Source: Camelus ferus
Lineage: Eukaryota
NCBI RefSeq assembly: GCF_009834535.1
Contig: NC_045696.1
Span: 95,978,001 to 96,042,000, forward strand
Direction: 5' to 3'
Length of the DNA stretch: 64,000 bases
Shown: in pieces, positions 63,232 through 64,000 of the stretch
Position numbering within the stretch: position 1 is the first letter of the stretch
How the letters are laid out: each line of letters opens with the position of its first letter
The notes under the pieces: model-generated
Database searches by the model: none
Seen by the model: the letters and a program-made list of their open reading frames with translations, nothing else
Told to the model about the DNA's origin: nothing
Translations under genes and position numbers: made by a program

Positions 63232-64000
63232 ACATAATAAAATGCAAAAAAGACAGAAGTCCCTCAAATCCTCAGCAGTGTCCACTCTGCATGAACCCCG
63301 GGACCTCTAAAGGGAAGCCGTTGGTTATAGTCCCAGCTGCAGCCTTCCTGTGTACCAAGCCAACCATTGACCCCTCCCTGAAACTGAAGAGCCTGACTGT
63401 TTCGGAAGACAGCAGTTCTGTGTCCATCTCTCCCCAAGATTTCATGGCACCCTTCGGCTCCCTCACTTTGAATATGACAGACCAGTCTGGAAATGAAGCT
63501 AACATGGTCTGCAGTATCCCAAAACCCTCAATGACATCATCCATTGTATTCACTGAAGAAAATGACCACGTCATGCTAAATGCATCATTTGCAACATTTC
63601 TGGCATGTCACCTAGATTACAGTCACATTCAGCCAGTGTGGCAAGTTCTGGCTTTGTACAGCGACTCTCCTCTGATACTAGAAAGGAGCCACTTGCTCAC
63701 TGAAACACCACAGCTCTGCTACAAATATAAACAGGTGGTACTGAAGCCTGAAAACATCTTTACCAACATAGAGGCTGATCTCAGAGCAGATCCCCCTTGG
63801 TTAATGCAAGACCAAATCTCCTTGCAGCTAAACAGAACTGCCACCACACTCGGTACATTGCAGATCCAGTACTCGAGCAATGCTCACATCACTTTACCGA
63901 GGGAAGAGATGAGGCCAGAGAAACATAAATGGACCATGATTTCCAGGGATAACAGTACTAAGCTGGAACACACTGTTTTGGTTGGTGGGACCATTGACCT
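63232..64000 (+). CDS. IGSF10: IGSF10 coding exon 4 (large exon, runs off the window end)
   Basis: Acceptor ctcttttctAG ends 63231. Open frame (D)IIKCKKDRSPSNPQQCPLCMNPGTSKGKPL...GSLTLNMTDQSGNEANMVCSIPKP...KHKWTMISRDNSTKLEHTVLVGGTID with no stop up to 64000; matches recalled IGSF10 sequence. Confidence 0.95.

Noticed and set aside
57666..63232. Rescue of the frameshift by a shifted donor or acceptor at the exon 3/4 junction
   Set aside because: The premature TGA lies 20 nt before the donor, so changing that junction cannot restore the frame.
63272..63574. 100-aa antisense ORF
   Set aside because: Shadow frame opposite IGSF10 exon 4.

Overview
Mammalian genomic DNA, probably camelid, judged from a tRNA-Ala-derived vic-1-like SINE and artiodactyl-type L1 3' ends. 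Bases 1-~50,000 are repeat-dense intergenic sequence: several long decayed LINE-1 copies, often nested, plus LTR, MIR and DNA-transposon relics. From ~50,850 to the end is the 5' part of IGSF10 on the + strand, with a CpG-island promoter, two probable 5'UTR exons and four coding exons (53370-53563, 54905-55034, 57297-57688, 63232->64000). Four observations stand out. (1) Coding exon 3 has one extra base (CACTGGG, 57621-57627) that shifts the frame to a premature TGA at 57666-57668; this is either a null allele or an assembly error. (2) The following intron holds a ~0.55 kb inverted duplication, one arm later split by an L1 fragment. (3) A 2.6 kb chimeric insertion at 16841-19408 is flanked by a target-site duplication (TSD) and combines a 5'-inverted L1 5'UTR/ORF1 with unrelated downstream sequence. 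(4) L1 elements are nested three deep at 33-35.5 kb. Repeat family names come from recall of consensus sequences and were not searched. No prokaryote-type system (CRISPR, operon) is present.
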